Source: a virus. Taken from it: a stretch of DNA of 64,000 nt. Positions within the stretch are counted from its first letter, which is position 1, and each line of letters opens with the position of its first letter. The position numbers were made by a program, and so were the translations under genes. Positions 8,463 to 17,758 of this stretch are shown here, in pieces. The notes beneath the pieces are model-generated. The model ran no database searches, was not told the origin of the DNA, and saw nothing but the letters and a program-made list of their open reading frames with translations. The stretch is taken from positions 31,594 to 95,593 of IMG/VR virus record IMGVR_UViG_3300023296_000874; one strand, written 5' to 3'.

Positions 8463-9344
8463 TCAGTCGTTCTCCACTACGTTGAGCCTGCCCAGCGCAG
8501 CCTTCTTCTTACCCTCTTCGAGGATCCGCGCCTTTTCGATGTTGGCGGGAGCTGCGTAGCAGTAGGTGCAGGCGTGTGGGCAGGCAAGTGATGTCTGGGT
8601 AGCTACCTCAATGGCGGCTGAGCAACGGCAGTCGTCAACCTTGGGGTGCATCAGCCCCAGGTTGTCTATACCATAGATCTGGTCGATCCAGTAGGCGTTG
8701 ACACACGTAGCCGGTCCAAAGTTGTCCGCAACTCCCCTGAAGGAGTCGTCGTCCCAGCACCCGAGGAGCATCATGTCGTGCTTGTCGAGGATGGCGCACA
8801 TCTGCCGCAAGATCTCCCGGCGCTCGTTTTCGTCACGGGTCTCGGGGATCGCGGTCTCGCTGTGGAGGAAGCTGAAGTAGCACTCCCGCACGCCCAGGTC
8901 GGCCATGAATTGAGCCACCCGCTCGAACTCGCTCCAGTCAGCAGGCACGGGGGAGTAGCGCCACTGCATCTTCTCGACGCCGTACTCTGCCACCATGTCA
9001 GCGAAGCACTGGAGCTGAATGTCCAGCGCAGGCACCTTGAGCTCGGTGGAGGGGTCGCCGCAGATGGTCATCGCAAAGAACTGTCGGTAGTTCGCGTCCA
9101 GCTCGGCGCGTCGTGGGTTCTTGAGGAAGCGTCGGTAGTCCTTGGAGTACCAGAACAGGGAGTGCATGTCCTCGGGAGCGAGGCTCCACCGTGCGGGCAT
9201 CCCAGTCTGAGGGTGTGGCGCGTCGATGTACCCACGGTCCAACCACCGGAAGAATCGCTTCATCCAGAAGGCGGGGATGTCGGTGTTGCGGCTCAAAGTG
9301 ATGGGGAATCCCCACTCGAGCGGCTTCAGGATTTCGGTTGACAT
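8463..9344 (-). CDS. Hypothetical protein with N-terminal TDIPAFW motif and C-terminal CxxxCxxC cluster (putative Fe-S protein; DUF1848-like?, tentative)
   Basis: LSRNTDIPAFWMKRFF near the N-terminus. ACPHACTYCYA near the C-terminus. Confidence 0.55.
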   Translation of the reverse strand: MSTEILKPLEWGFPITLSRNTDIPAFWMKRFFRWLDRGYIDAPHPQTGMPARWSLAPEDMHSLFWYSKDYRRFLKNPRRAELDANYRQFFAMTICGDPSTELKVPALDIQLQCFADMVAEYGVEKMQWRYSPVPADWSEFERVAQFMADLGVRECYFSFLHSETAIPETRDENERREILRQMCAILDKHDMMLLGCWDDDSFRGVADNFGPATCVNAYWIDQIYGIDNLGLMHPKVDDCRCSAAIEVATQTSLACPHACTYCYAAPANIEKARILEEGKKKAALGRLNVVEND

Positions 9345-9365
9345 GGCACCTCCGTTACCTCATGA

Positions 9366-9395
9366 TAACGTACCCAAGGGGGAGGTACTCAGAGG
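9366..9395 (-). promoter_or_regulatory. Promoter-like motif TAACG-N17-CTCAGAGG, 22 nt upstream of ATG 9344, followed by RBS GGAGGTG
   Basis: Motif family. Confidence 0.5.
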
Positions 9396-9604
9396 CTTTT
9401 CACGATTTCAAGTAGAAGAAGCACGGTGGCTCCTACACCTATTACCACGAACACGGCGGCGAACAGGAACCTGCCCCGTTTCTCCTTGGCGATCTCCTCA
9501 TGGAACATCGCGTCGGTGATGTAGCCGTTGGCGGTGTTACCGAGCTCATCGAGCTGTCGCTTAACGGCCCGGTCCCAGCACCCTTGGTAGCCTCGGGCTT
9601 CCAT
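9389..9604 (-). CDS. Small membrane protein (C-terminal TM helix)
   Basis: FLFAAVFVVIGVGATVLLLLEIV. Confidence 0.5.
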   Translation of the reverse strand: MEARGYQGCWDRAVKRQLDELGNTANGYITDAMFHEEIAKEKRGRFLFAAVFVVIGVGATVLLLLEIVKSL

Positions 9605-10182
9605 TATACCGTCATCATCGCGAGGATTGCCATGCCGTCACGCACGATGTCCCCGTGGTCGAAGCCGAAGATGATCTTGCCGGAGCGGATGTCCTCCTCA
9701 TGGATCCAGGCGGTCCAGAAGGCGTCGTCGTCTCCCCGAGCCTTGCGGGCCTCAGCGGGCGTCACACGGCAGCAGTAGGCGAGGCTGACAACGTGGCGGC
9801 GGGGGTCACGGTCGGTGGCTCCGTACACGTCGATGAGCGTCATGAAGTCCCGCTCGAGGCCGGTCTCTTCCTTGAGCTCGCGCGGGGCACAGTCCTTGGG
9901 GTCCTCGCCGTAGTCCACGAACCCGCCCGGAGTGCAGACGAAGCCGTCGGTGTGGCAGTAGGGAGGGTTCGCACGCCCGATGAGCAGGAAGTGTCGTCCC
10001 GCGCGGGTGGGAGCGGGGCCACGACGGTCCACCATCGTGTCGCCCAGCAGAGCGCGTCCCTCTTCCTGCCAGCCCTCCCAGTTGGGCAGGTCGTCCTCGG
10101 GGATGTCGGTAGCGACGAGGATGTCGGTGCAGAGGCTGGAGGTGCGGTAGGTCGGAGCTTCGAGCTGTTCAACGGTTGGCAT
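9604..10182 (-). CDS. NUDIX hydrolase (candidate ADP-ribose/NDP-sugar pyrophosphatase)
   Basis: Canonical Nudix box GGFVDYGEDPKDCAPRELKEETGL (GX5EX7REUXEEXGU). Confidence 0.8.
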   Translation of the reverse strand: MPTVEQLEAPTYRTSSLCTDILVATDIPEDDLPNWEGWQEEGRALLGDTMVDRRGPAPTRAGRHFLLIGRANPPYCHTDGFVCTPGGFVDYGEDPKDCAPRELKEETGLERDFMTLIDVYGATDRDPRRHVVSLAYCCRVTPAEARKARGDDDAFWTAWIHEEDIRSGKIIFGFDHGDIVRDGMAILAMMTV

Positions 10183-10723
10183 TGTAGTCCTTGATGTTCA
10201 GGTTCTTCTGGTCGAAGATGTGTGCGTAGGGGCTGTCAGGCGGTAGGGCTTGAGCCTTGATTGATGCTGCCTTGAAGGCTCTCTCCATGTGGGAGCTCTC
10301 GTCGAGCGCATCGGAGCAGAGTACAAGGATGAAGCGGTCCGTCAGGGGGATACCAGGGCGTGCGGGGATCGCGGCCCACATCTGGAGGAAGGTGCGAGCA
10401 CTGAGCGTCCGGAAGAGGGTCTCCTGATGGTAGTACCCCATGTCCATTTCCATGTAGTCGCTCTTGCGGAGGCTCGGGGCCGCATCAATACCCTTGGTCT
10501 TGAAGTCCTTCAGGGTGAAGTCGGCCGTCGGAATGTAGTGGGCTTGAGTCCGGTACTGATGCCAACTACGAGAGCTTGAAACCTCCATGCTCTCGGTGTC
10601 GAGGCTGTGCGAGGTGGTTGTCCACCGCATTTCACCCCACACCATCTCTTCACGGCTGATCCAGATGTTGAGCCACCGTCCGTCAAGGGACGCACTCCTA
10701 CCTCGATACACACTCGAACCCAT
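10169..10723 (-). CDS. Hypothetical protein
   Basis: 184-aa ORF. Confidence 0.5.
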   Translation of the reverse strand: MGSSVYRGRSASLDGRWLNIWISREEMVWGEMRWTTTSHSLDTESMEVSSSRSWHQYRTQAHYIPTADFTLKDFKTKGIDAAPSLRKSDYMEMDMGYYHQETLFRTLSARTFLQMWAAIPARPGIPLTDRFILVLCSDALDESSHMERAFKAASIKAQALPPDSPYAHIFDQKNLNIKDYNANR

Positions 10724-10735
10724 GTTCCTGGCCTC

Positions 10736-11635
10736 CTATGACCCACTAACGAGGCTGATGCCGAATTCCTCAACTGCAATCTCAGAGTTTGCCGGGGTGC
10801 CAGGTCCGCCACCGCCGATGCGGAACACTGCCTGCCCCATCACACGGGAGCCGAGCATCACCCTGACGCCCCAGTTGCCGGGCTCCGAGGATGGGAAGTG
10901 GTCTTCCACCATCACCTTGTAGCCAGCAAGGCGAGCAAGCGGTCCGGTCTCGGTGTAGTAGATCCCGCCCGAACCGGGTCGGTGAATCTCCATTGAGAAC
11001 TCGATGCCGTCCGTGTCGAAGTCATCAGGGATGTCAGGCCACAGCACCGCAATGCAGAAGTCCTCCACATCGGGGCCGTACATCGGCTCCTCATTCGGAG
11101 GTCCGGGCTGGATGGCGATGCACCCCAGCCGGTCCAGCACTCCATCAGCTTCTGCAAACCGGATGTCCACCCGTCCGAGGGATTCGGCCAACCACTCCAC
11201 GCTGAGCTCAAGCTCGAAGTCGGAGGTGTGGAGCAGGCTCATGTCCGTGGCGTCCAACAGCGTCGCCGTCCACGTCCCGTGCTTCTGAGTGATGTCGGTC
11301 ACCGGAATGACCACGTTCCGCTCGGCCACCTTCGCGCCATACACACCATCACTGTCGGAGTGGGTGAGGAACACGATGTAGGTGGTGTCCGTGTTGTTGA
11401 GGATCTCCACATGCACGCCATCGGGCGTGGGAGTGGTAGTCACGCGCAAGGACTCGTGCCGTGTCTGCGCTGGCTTGGGAGCCGGGGCCGGTGTCCGCCC
11501 GTCAGCAACAGGGGCGACAGGCGCGGGTTCTGGGGCCGCTGTGGGCACGTCCACGTCAAGGTCAATCTCTACCTTGACCTTGCGGGGGCGGACTGCGCCA
11601 GGGCGGACGGGAGTGCGGGAATTCCACTTGGGCAT
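10736..11635 (-). CDS. Hypothetical protein with a Pro/Ala-rich N-terminal region (start likely MPKWNS)
   Basis: ORF track; low-complexity linker PTAAPEPAPVAPVADGRTPAPAPKPA. Confidence 0.5.
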   Translation of the reverse strand: MPKWNSRTPVRPGAVRPRKVKVEIDLDVDVPTAAPEPAPVAPVADGRTPAPAPKPAQTRHESLRVTTTPTPDGVHVEILNNTDTTYIVFLTHSDSDGVYGAKVAERNVVIPVTDITQKHGTWTATLLDATDMSLLHTSDFELELSVEWLAESLGRVDIRFAEADGVLDRLGCIAIQPGPPNEEPMYGPDVEDFCIAVLWPDIPDDFDTDGIEFSMEIHRPGSGGIYYTETGPLARLAGYKVMVEDHFPSSEPGNWGVRVMLGSRVMGQAVFRIGGGGPGTPANSEIAVEEFGISLVSGS

Positions 11636-11702
11636 TGTTGGTCCTCTTTCAGTCAAAAGACAAAGCTGGACCAAGAAAGGGCGAGGAGTTCGAAACCCTC
11701 AC

Positions 11703-12098
11703 CTACGCTTCAAGAAGCAGCTCGATCCGGTCCACGTCAGTTTCGTTCCACGGGTTGATGTCCACGTCTTGAATCAGACGCCACCTACGCGGAGGCCAGT
11801 TGGTGGCGACACGTCCATAGTCGCAGCCACCTTCATCGTTGCGCTCAAACGTGTAGATGTTCCGGGCGGTTACGCACGCTCCAGTCCGATAGGACCCAGA
11901 GGGAGCCACGTGAGTCACAATGCCGTAGCCTTCACCGTATCCGGTCCCCATGAACCACATCTGTCCGGGGCGGGGTAGGTCGGTGAACTCAGGAGCGCGG
12001 GAGCAGAGCTCGAACCTCTCTTGAGGCATGGCGTCCCGGTGCTTGTTGCAGAACACACAGGTCCAATCTGTCGATCGGATGTGGTGGGGTCCTCTCAT
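11703..12098 (-). CDS. Hypothetical protein; C-terminus ...VDRIELLLEA (recurrent terminal motif)
   Basis: ORF track. Confidence 0.5.
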   Translation of the reverse strand: MRGPHHIRSTDWTCVFCNKHRDAMPQERFELCSRAPEFTDLPRPGQMWFMGTGYGEGYGIVTHVAPSGSYRTGACVTARNIYTFERNDEGGCDYGRVATNWPPRRWRLIQDVDINPWNETDVDRIELLLEA

Positions 12099-12418
12099 TC
12101 AGGGTCCTCCGAGCGTTTCGGCCACTTGAGCCAGTAGATGACTTGAACAAAGGCAACGACAAGCAGCGGTAGGCTGAACACCATCCGATTCTCTTCCATG
12201 ATGGTCGCTCGGTCGTTCCCGCGCAAGTCGTCCAGACGCAGCATCACCACCAAATAGAACACCGTCAGAAGGGCTATGGGCACTGCGAGTCCCGCTACTA
12301 CCTGCCAGGGCAAAAGCTCTACGACATACACGAAGCCGAAGAGAGACAGGACGAGCATCCCGATGCACCAAACGGTCCGGCACGCGATGATCAGCGTTTT
12401 GGCCAGGAACTCGGTCAT
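12095..12418 (-). CDS. Integral membrane protein (3 TM helices)
   Basis: Strongly hydrophobic; preferred over the overlapping frame 12099..12473. Confidence 0.55.
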   Translation of the reverse strand: MTEFLAKTLIIACRTVWCIGMLVLSLFGFVYVVELLPWQVVAGLAVPIALLTVFYLVVMLRLDDLRGNDRATIMEENRMVFSLPLLVVAFVQVIYWLKWPKRSEDPE

Positions 12419-12894
12419 GCCGAGGCTTCTCCGTAGGCAGTGCAGAAGTGCTGGATGAGGCTGGTGATCGCAACCTGCTGGATGTCGGGGCAGCTACCCC
12501 ACACGGGACACCACTGGTGACACGGGTGTCCGACCTTGCCGTAGTCGGGGGCGTAGAAGGAGGCGATCTTCACGAGTGCCTCTGCCACGTCAGCGACGGT
12601 GTTCACGTCCGATACCTGACGCCTGAACCTCCGGATGTTGAACTTGCGCCCGACACCCTTCTGCTGGCCGTCAACCACCCGGATGGAAGTCACCTCGACG
12701 CCTTGAAGGTCGGGCTCGTAGTCGGTCACCATTCCGAGCAGCGTGGCGCGTACCACGTCACGGGTCATGGGAGCCGCAACCTCAAACTCCTCGGGGAGGT
12801 CCAGGTTCTGTTCACGTCCCGCGAGTAGCCGGTCAATCTCCTTGGGGAGCTCACCGTGCCAAAATGCGGGTCCTGTCATGCCGTTGATGCGCAT
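12415..12894 (-). CDS. Hypothetical protein with C-terminal Cys cluster (CHQWCPVWGSC); possible nuclease-like fold (speculative)
   Basis: ORF track. Confidence 0.45.
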   Translation of the reverse strand: MRINGMTGPAFWHGELPKEIDRLLAGREQNLDLPEEFEVAAPMTRDVVRATLLGMVTDYEPDLQGVEVTSIRVVDGQQKGVGRKFNIRRFRRQVSDVNTVADVAEALVKIASFYAPDYGKVGHPCHQWCPVWGSCPDIQQVAITSLIQHFCTAYGEASA

Positions 12895-12897
12895 AGC

Positions 12898-13269
12898 TCA
12901 TCCTTCCATCAGTAGTGTCATCCTATCAGGATGAGACGCTTCTTGAGCGCGGTTCGCGGCTACGAGATAGTGAGCGTAGTCGCCGCCAGCCCTCTCGATG
13001 ATTCCAACCCAATCGCCGTGATAGATCACAGCCGCCCTTCGGTACGCCTCATCCTTCTTCATGAGCCGGGTGACTGTACCGGGAACGGTGCGCCACTCGC
13101 AGCTCTCGGGTCCGGTGTCCCACCTACACTCAATCCGAAGGTTGAGCAGGTCCTCGTGACCCATGTGAGCGTAGCGGTTGCGGATGATCACCCGGACGAT
13201 GTTGTTCGCCCCCCGGATGTGCCAACGCTTCTCGGTGATGTCAGGATTCTCAGGTAAGTCCAAGGGCAT
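12898..13269 (-). CDS. Hypothetical protein; C-terminus ...PDRMTLLMEG (recurrent terminal motif). Start uncertain (13269 or 13296)
   Basis: ORF track; upstream gene ends 13250. Confidence 0.45.
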   Translation of the reverse strand: MPLDLPENPDITEKRWHIRGANNIVRVIIRNRYAHMGHEDLLNLRIECRWDTGPESCEWRTVPGTVTRLMKKDEAYRRAAVIYHGDWVGIIERAGGDYAHYLVAANRAQEASHPDRMTLLMEG

Positions 13270-13498
13270 CAACTCTCTCCTGTTCGGCTTCGTCATCCCA
13301 GTGCATGTGCAGAAGGCGGCGGGAAGGGCTTGACTCATCGAGCCCTTTGGCGTCCATCTCCTCCACCATTGCCCAGGTGAAGCTGCATGTGCCGTGTCCT
13401 TCTGCATACACGGTCACACCCTCGGGAATCTCCTCGATGATCTCTGCCATCACGAAGTCGTTGATGGGGTTCCAGAACACCCGTACCATTCGTGCCAC
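13250..13498 (-). CDS. Hypothetical acidic protein
   Basis: ORF track. Confidence 0.45.
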   Translation of the reverse strand: MARMVRVFWNPINDFVMAEIIEEIPEGVTVYAEGHGTCSFTWAMVEEMDAKGLDESSPSRRLLHMHWDDEAEQERVDALGLT

Positions 13499-13729
13499 TC
13501 AAACCTCCATCAACAGTTCAAGACGGTCGACGGGGTCAGCCCACCCTATGAACTCCCAGCCGTGCTCATAGTTCCCCATGGGCAGGTCACCTACGCACCA
13601 GTAGTCACCGTTCGCATCCCTAATCCGAGCACCGAAGTTCTCGGGATAGGTCAACACGACTGTTCCGGTAAGGTCGTGCCATGGTCCCACGAAGTGAATG
13701 ATCATGCCCACCTCAGGTCCACGCTCCAT
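13499..13729 (-). CDS. Hypothetical protein; C-terminus ...VDRLELLMEV (recurrent terminal motif)
   Basis: ORF track. Confidence 0.5.
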   Translation of the reverse strand: MERGPEVGMIIHFVGPWHDLTGTVVLTYPENFGARIRDANGDYWCVGDLPMGNYEHGWEFIGWADPVDRLELLMEV

Positions 13730-14167
13730 TCAGTCCTCCTCGTCGTCAGCGAACAGCATCTTCAGCCTGAAGGCGTTGCCGTCCCGACATGCGGTACAGA
13801 GGCCTTCACCATCGTCCATGAAGGTCGTGCCGCACTTGCACTCGTTGATCTCGAGTCTTGTGGATCGGGCAGCACGTAGACGTGGCTCGAAGGGGTGCTT
13901 GTTGTACGGGCCTGGCTTCCACTCAGAGTCTCCGCACTCGTGCTTGTCAGAGTTGAAGATGGTCTCGTTGCAGAGCTCACACTCCCTGACGTTGATGCCT
14001 ACCGCCGTGCGGATCTGATAGAACTTCTGGCACTTGCCGCAGTACCCGTTCTCCACGTCGCCGGGTGACCATGAAGTCATCTTGCAGACGCCACAAAGGA
14101 TAGCCTGCCCATCCTCAACGATTGTCATCCAATCGTCGTAGGGCTGCCGTCCCAGAGATTGCACCAT
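13730..14167 (-). CDS. Cys-rich protein with multiple zinc-ribbon-like CxxC pairs. Start revised to MVQSLGRQ
   Basis: CGVC..CGKC..CELC..HEC..CKC..CTAC. The ORF-track N-terminus overlaps the upstream gene. Confidence 0.5.
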   Translation of the reverse strand: MVQSLGRQPYDDWMTIVEDGQAILCGVCKMTSWSPGDVENGYCGKCQKFYQIRTAVGINVRECELCNETIFNSDKHECGDSEWKPGPYNKHPFEPRLRAARSTRLEINECKCGTTFMDDGEGLCTACRDGNAFRLKMLFADDEED

Positions 14168-14207
14168 GAAGGGTCTTCGCCTTCGGTGTGGTGGGTCGTT
14201 GGGCATC

Positions 14208-14501
14208 TCAGAACTCGTTCCCGAATCGGCTCCGTCGGTTGCGTTGAGCCTCTTCGTGGTCACGGGCGCGCTCTGCCTTCTCTTCAGCGGCTTCGGCTGC
14301 AGCCGCTTCGACGGCCTCAAGGCCGGGCCAGTTGAGGATCTGCCCGGTAGCAGCGTTGATCTCCAGCTCGAGGTAGTCACCGCCACCGATGCCAATGCCA
14401 GAGGGCACGTAGCCGTCATGGTCACTGCCATCGGGCCAGGTGATGCCGCACATGTCGCTCACCTTGCCGTTCACATGAATGGTCTTGATCTCGTCGCTCA
14501 T
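14208..14501 (-). CDS. Hypothetical protein
   Basis: ORF track. Confidence 0.45.
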   Translation of the reverse strand: MSDEIKTIHVNGKVSDMCGITWPDGSDHDGYVPSGIGIGGGDYLELEINAATGQILNWPGLEAVEAAAAEAAEEKAERARDHEEAQRNRRSRFGNEF

Positions 14502-15229
14502 CCTCTCACCTCAGCGGGCAGTCCTGCGGGGATGCCCAGAAGGTCGCAGAGCTCACTCTCGGAGCTCACGACGTTGACGCCCCATGCTGGAAACACGTTG
14601 CGAAGGAAGTTGTTGTGGTGGATGCGCTTGAAGTCACCCACCAGGAAGCTGGGCACCACAACCTGATAGCCCATGGCGGTCGCCCGCTGCACGATGGAGC
14701 TCACCACGATGTGCGTCACGAAGCCGCCCACAACCACGCACACCTGGAGCGGGTGAAGGCCTTCATGCAAGCCCTCGAGCTGCTCCTTCAGGTCGGTCTC
14801 GAAGAAGCTGTCGAAGGTGGTCTTGGCGATTCGGTAGTCGATGTAGGGCGCAACGGCGTCCACCACTTCGGCCTCGAAGGAGTTCTCGTCAGCGTGCTCG
14901 CCGTACACGGCAAGCTCCTTCATCTGGAGCGGGTCGTTCCAGTTGTGGCTGTCGATGGTGGCGAGCTGGGGAATGTCCGCACGCTTCAACGTCTGCGCCC
15001 ACACCCCGAGGTGGTCACCCATCAGAGCGAGGTTGCGCTCACCGATGTGGAGCGCCGGGTAGCCGTCACCGCGCATCTTGCTCTTCTCAGAGTCAGGGAT
15101 CTCAGCAGCGGTGCAAGCGAACGCCTTGGTGGCATCTGCCCAAACCATGATGGTCATCTGCGGGCTCACCGGCCCACCCATGGAGGGGATGTTGAGGTCG
15201 GGGAAGTACTCAGCGTTGGGCGTGGGCAT
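14498..15229 (-). CDS. Isochorismatase-fold-like protein (tentative; catalytic Cys not evident at the expected position)
   Basis: LQVCVVVGGFVTHIVVSSIVQRATAMGYQVVV resembles the isochorismatase/cysteine-hydrolase core strand-helix. Confidence 0.35.
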   Translation of the reverse strand: MPTPNAEYFPDLNIPSMGGPVSPQMTIMVWADATKAFACTAAEIPDSEKSKMRGDGYPALHIGERNLALMGDHLGVWAQTLKRADIPQLATIDSHNWNDPLQMKELAVYGEHADENSFEAEVVDAVAPYIDYRIAKTTFDSFFETDLKEQLEGLHEGLHPLQVCVVVGGFVTHIVVSSIVQRATAMGYQVVVPSFLVGDFKRIHHNNFLRNVFPAWGVNVVSSESELCDLLGIPAGLPAEVRG

Positions 15230-15237
15230 TGTTGCTC

Positions 15238-15495
15238 CTACAGCAGTTCGGTGAGGAACCGTGGATCTTCGTTGTCGGTTTTGGGTGAAGGGAACTCCAC
15301 CTCTACATCCAGGGACACCTGGATGATGGAGATTCGGGAGGGGTCAACCTCTTCGAAAGCTTCAGAATCGAAGTGACGCCCGTTCTGCTCCTCGAGGTAG
15401 TGCTCCAAAGGAGTGCGAGTGCCATGCACCACACGCCCCTTCACACGGATGAGGTCTCGGGTCTTCAGGTCGATGAGTGCGTAGCCGTCAGTCAT
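15238..15495 (-). CDS. Hypothetical protein
   Basis: ORF track. Confidence 0.45.
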   Translation of the reverse strand: MTDGYALIDLKTRDLIRVKGRVVHGTRTPLEHYLEEQNGRHFDSEAFEEVDPSRISIIQVSLDVEVEFPSPKTDNEDPRFLTELL

Positions 15496-15767
15496 TCGAA
15501 TTCCACCTCGTTGTCGGCATTCTCAGCCCACAACTCTGCAATCTCAGCACGGTCTTCAGCAGACAGGCCGAGGGTTTCCCACAAAGACTCCGGTACAGAG
15601 TCCAGCTCTTCGCCCTCACCGCTGTCGTAGATGTTGTCAAGCAACGACCACTCCGAAACTTGTAGGTGATTGGGGTCTTCATCAACACACCACCCCTGAC
15701 GGAGGTAAGCCCTTCCGGCATCTGATAGTGCATCCAGCCCGAATACGAGCTTCTTGCTACGTGACAT
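15492..15767 (-). CDS. Hypothetical acidic protein (start revised to MSRSKK)
   Basis: The ORF-track N-terminus overlaps the upstream vWA gene. Confidence 0.4.
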   Translation of the reverse strand: MSRSKKLVFGLDALSDAGRAYLRQGWCVDEDPNHLQVSEWSLLDNIYDSGEGEELDSVPESLWETLGLSAEDRAEIAELWAENADNEVEFE

Positions 15768-15774
15768 GCTTCCC

Positions 15775-16521
15775 TCAGTCGTGGCAGGTTGCTCCGAGAT
15801 CAACGAGGATCTCTTCCATCTCAGCATCCGCGCCGCCCTCGCGGAGCTCATCAGCGTACTCGTCCAGTCCGCCACCGGCAGCCTTGGCTACGGCGATCAT
15901 CGTGGTCGCGAGGTTGTTGATGTTGCGGATGTCGATCATCACGCCACCGGAGTCGGTAGCCATCGTGGTCCACGTCGCCCGAGCCGCTGGGTCAGGACCA
16001 CACAGCGCCATGTAGAAGGTCGCATCGTCCTTGACGGCGGCGAGCTCTGTCTGCCAGTTGAGGCCGTGGGGGTTGTTCCCGTAGGGTCCATTGCTCAGCG
16101 CGTGCGGAGGTGCGTCGCCTACCCACATGACGATCAGCTCGTCGCCCGCAGCCTTGGCGTGGGGCACATGGTAGGAGCGGAGGTAGCGGAGCACGTACTC
16201 CACGCACTCAGGGTGGTCACCGCCGCTGGTCGAGCGGTTGGCGGCGAGCCAGCGCTCGATGGAGCTCGAGTCGTAGAAGAAGCTCAGGTCTGCGGTCTCT
16301 GCCTCGCCCGGTACCTGTCCCGTGTAGGAGAAGGATGGGTTGGTGGAGTCCTGGATCATGTTGGTCCGGTCGCAGTAGTCACCGTAGGCCAGGAAGCCTA
16401 CCTCTGCATCTTCATCCTCGTCGAGGACACGGCCAGCGATCAGTGCGACGTTGTTGCGCACCTCTCGGATCCAGGAGTTCATGGAACCCGTGGTGTCGAA
16501 CACAAACAGAAAGCGTCTCAT
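15775..16521 (-). CDS. von Willebrand factor type A (vWA) domain protein
   Basis: MIDAS motif FVFDTTGSM (DxTGS) at the N-terminus; vWA-like length and secondary-structure pattern. Confidence 0.65.
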   Translation of the reverse strand: MRRFLFVFDTTGSMNSWIREVRNNVALIAGRVLDEDEDAEVGFLAYGDYCDRTNMIQDSTNPSFSYTGQVPGEAETADLSFFYDSSSIERWLAANRSTSGGDHPECVEYVLRYLRSYHVPHAKAAGDELIVMWVGDAPPHALSNGPYGNNPHGLNWQTELAAVKDDATFYMALCGPDPAARATWTTMATDSGGVMIDIRNINNLATTMIAVAKAAGGGLDEYADELREGGADAEMEEILVDLGATCHD

Positions 16522-16844
16522 GAAACTACCTCGTCGCGGGTCGCCAGCACATGGGTAGCCGCCTTGATCTTGAACAGGGAGATGTCACGCAGCTCATCGG
16601 GGAGCTGCTCGGCCTTGGTGCAGAAGTAAGCCGACACGGTGTCAAGGTCCTTGCCCGTGATCGCGCGGCTGTTCTCCAGCAGTGTGAGCTCGTCGCGGAG
16701 TGCGTCCACCACAATCTCACCAAAGGTCTTCTGAGGGTCGCCAATGGAAGGCTTCCCTTCCAGGCTACCGGTCACTTGTCCGAAGATCAGGCTGTGATAG
16801 CAGTTGGCGGGCGTCATTTCCCGCACGGTCTTGTAGTCGAGCAC
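16518..16844 (-). CDS. Hypothetical protein
   Basis: ORF track. Confidence 0.45.
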   Translation of the reverse strand: MLDYKTVREMTPANCYHSLIFGQVTGSLEGKPSIGDPQKTFGEIVVDALRDELTLLENSRAITGKDLDTVSAYFCTKAEQLPDELRDISLFKIKAATHVLATRDEVVS

Positions 16845-16884
16845 ATGGCCTCCATTTGGTCACAGGACGTGCCTGACTTGCGTT

Positions 16885-17571
16885 TCAGGCCTCGAATTCT
16901 GCGTTGTGATCGTACTCGGGGCTACCCGGAGGGTGGCTGGCCTCGATGATCTGCTGCAAAGCGTTCGGCTCGATCTCATAGACGGGGTCGTGGATGATCA
17001 CGGTCACCACACGCCGTCCACCGAACCAGCGCGCCTTCTTCTGAGTGGGCTCACCGTCCTTGCGGCTCCAATGCGAGCCCCACAACCCTGAGATCGTCAC
17101 CGGGAGCACTGGGGCCACGTATCCGCCGTCGTGCATGGTGGGTCTCATGTAGTTGTAGCCCTGTCGCATCTGCTGGATGCCCGTAGCCTCCTCTCGGAGC
17201 CCGCCTTCGGGGAACACCACGATGCACTCACCGTCCATCAGGCGCTCTTGGGCAGTCTGGATGGTCTGGTTGCAGAGGAACCGGTCCACGCTTCGGGGCA
17301 CAGCGGGTAGACAGCCAGCCAAGGAGAACAGCCACTTGGCTCGGTCGTAGTGGACGTGCCACAAGAGCGAGGTGACGGGTACCTTGAAAGCTGCCATCAC
17401 GAACAAGAAGTCCGCGTAGGTGACGTGGTTCGGCGCAATGACGAACGGACGCCCCTTGGGAACCTTGTCCCGCCCCTTGACGTCCACCTTGTAGAAGGGG
17501 ATCATGAGCAGTCGAAGTACGGGCCACACCATCCAGAAGAAGGCGAGACGTGCAAAGCGGCGTCGGTCCAT
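16885..17571 (-). CDS. Lysophospholipid/1-acyl-glycerol-3-phosphate acyltransferase (PlsC/AGPAT family)
   Basis: Motif I NHVTYADF (NHxxxxD), FPEGG motif, hydrophobic N-terminus. Confidence 0.7.
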   Translation of the reverse strand: MDRRRFARLAFFWMVWPVLRLLMIPFYKVDVKGRDKVPKGRPFVIAPNHVTYADFLFVMAAFKVPVTSLLWHVHYDRAKWLFSLAGCLPAVPRSVDRFLCNQTIQTAQERLMDGECIVVFPEGGLREEATGIQQMRQGYNYMRPTMHDGGYVAPVLPVTISGLWGSHWSRKDGEPTQKKARWFGGRRVVTVIIHDPVYEIEPNALQQIIEASHPPGSPEYDHNAEFEA

Positions 17572-17758
17572 GATCTCTCAGTCTCCTTGAACAATCAACA
17601 GCAGAGCAGCAAGCGAAGAGAAGGGGATGTGGCCCTCCTCACAGTCCTTGACTGAGTTCCGTATGAGGAGGGCAACGCCACCCCCATGAACCACAGCCCG
17701 CTTCTCAAGGAGCGACAAGATGGCCTCGTTGGATACCACCACAAGTTCGGTGCCGGTC

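Noticed and set aside
12099-12473. 124-aa ORF overlapping membrane-protein gene 12095..12418
   Set aside because: Alternative frame of the same locus. The other frame encodes a convincing 3-TM membrane protein and couples by overlap to its neighbours.
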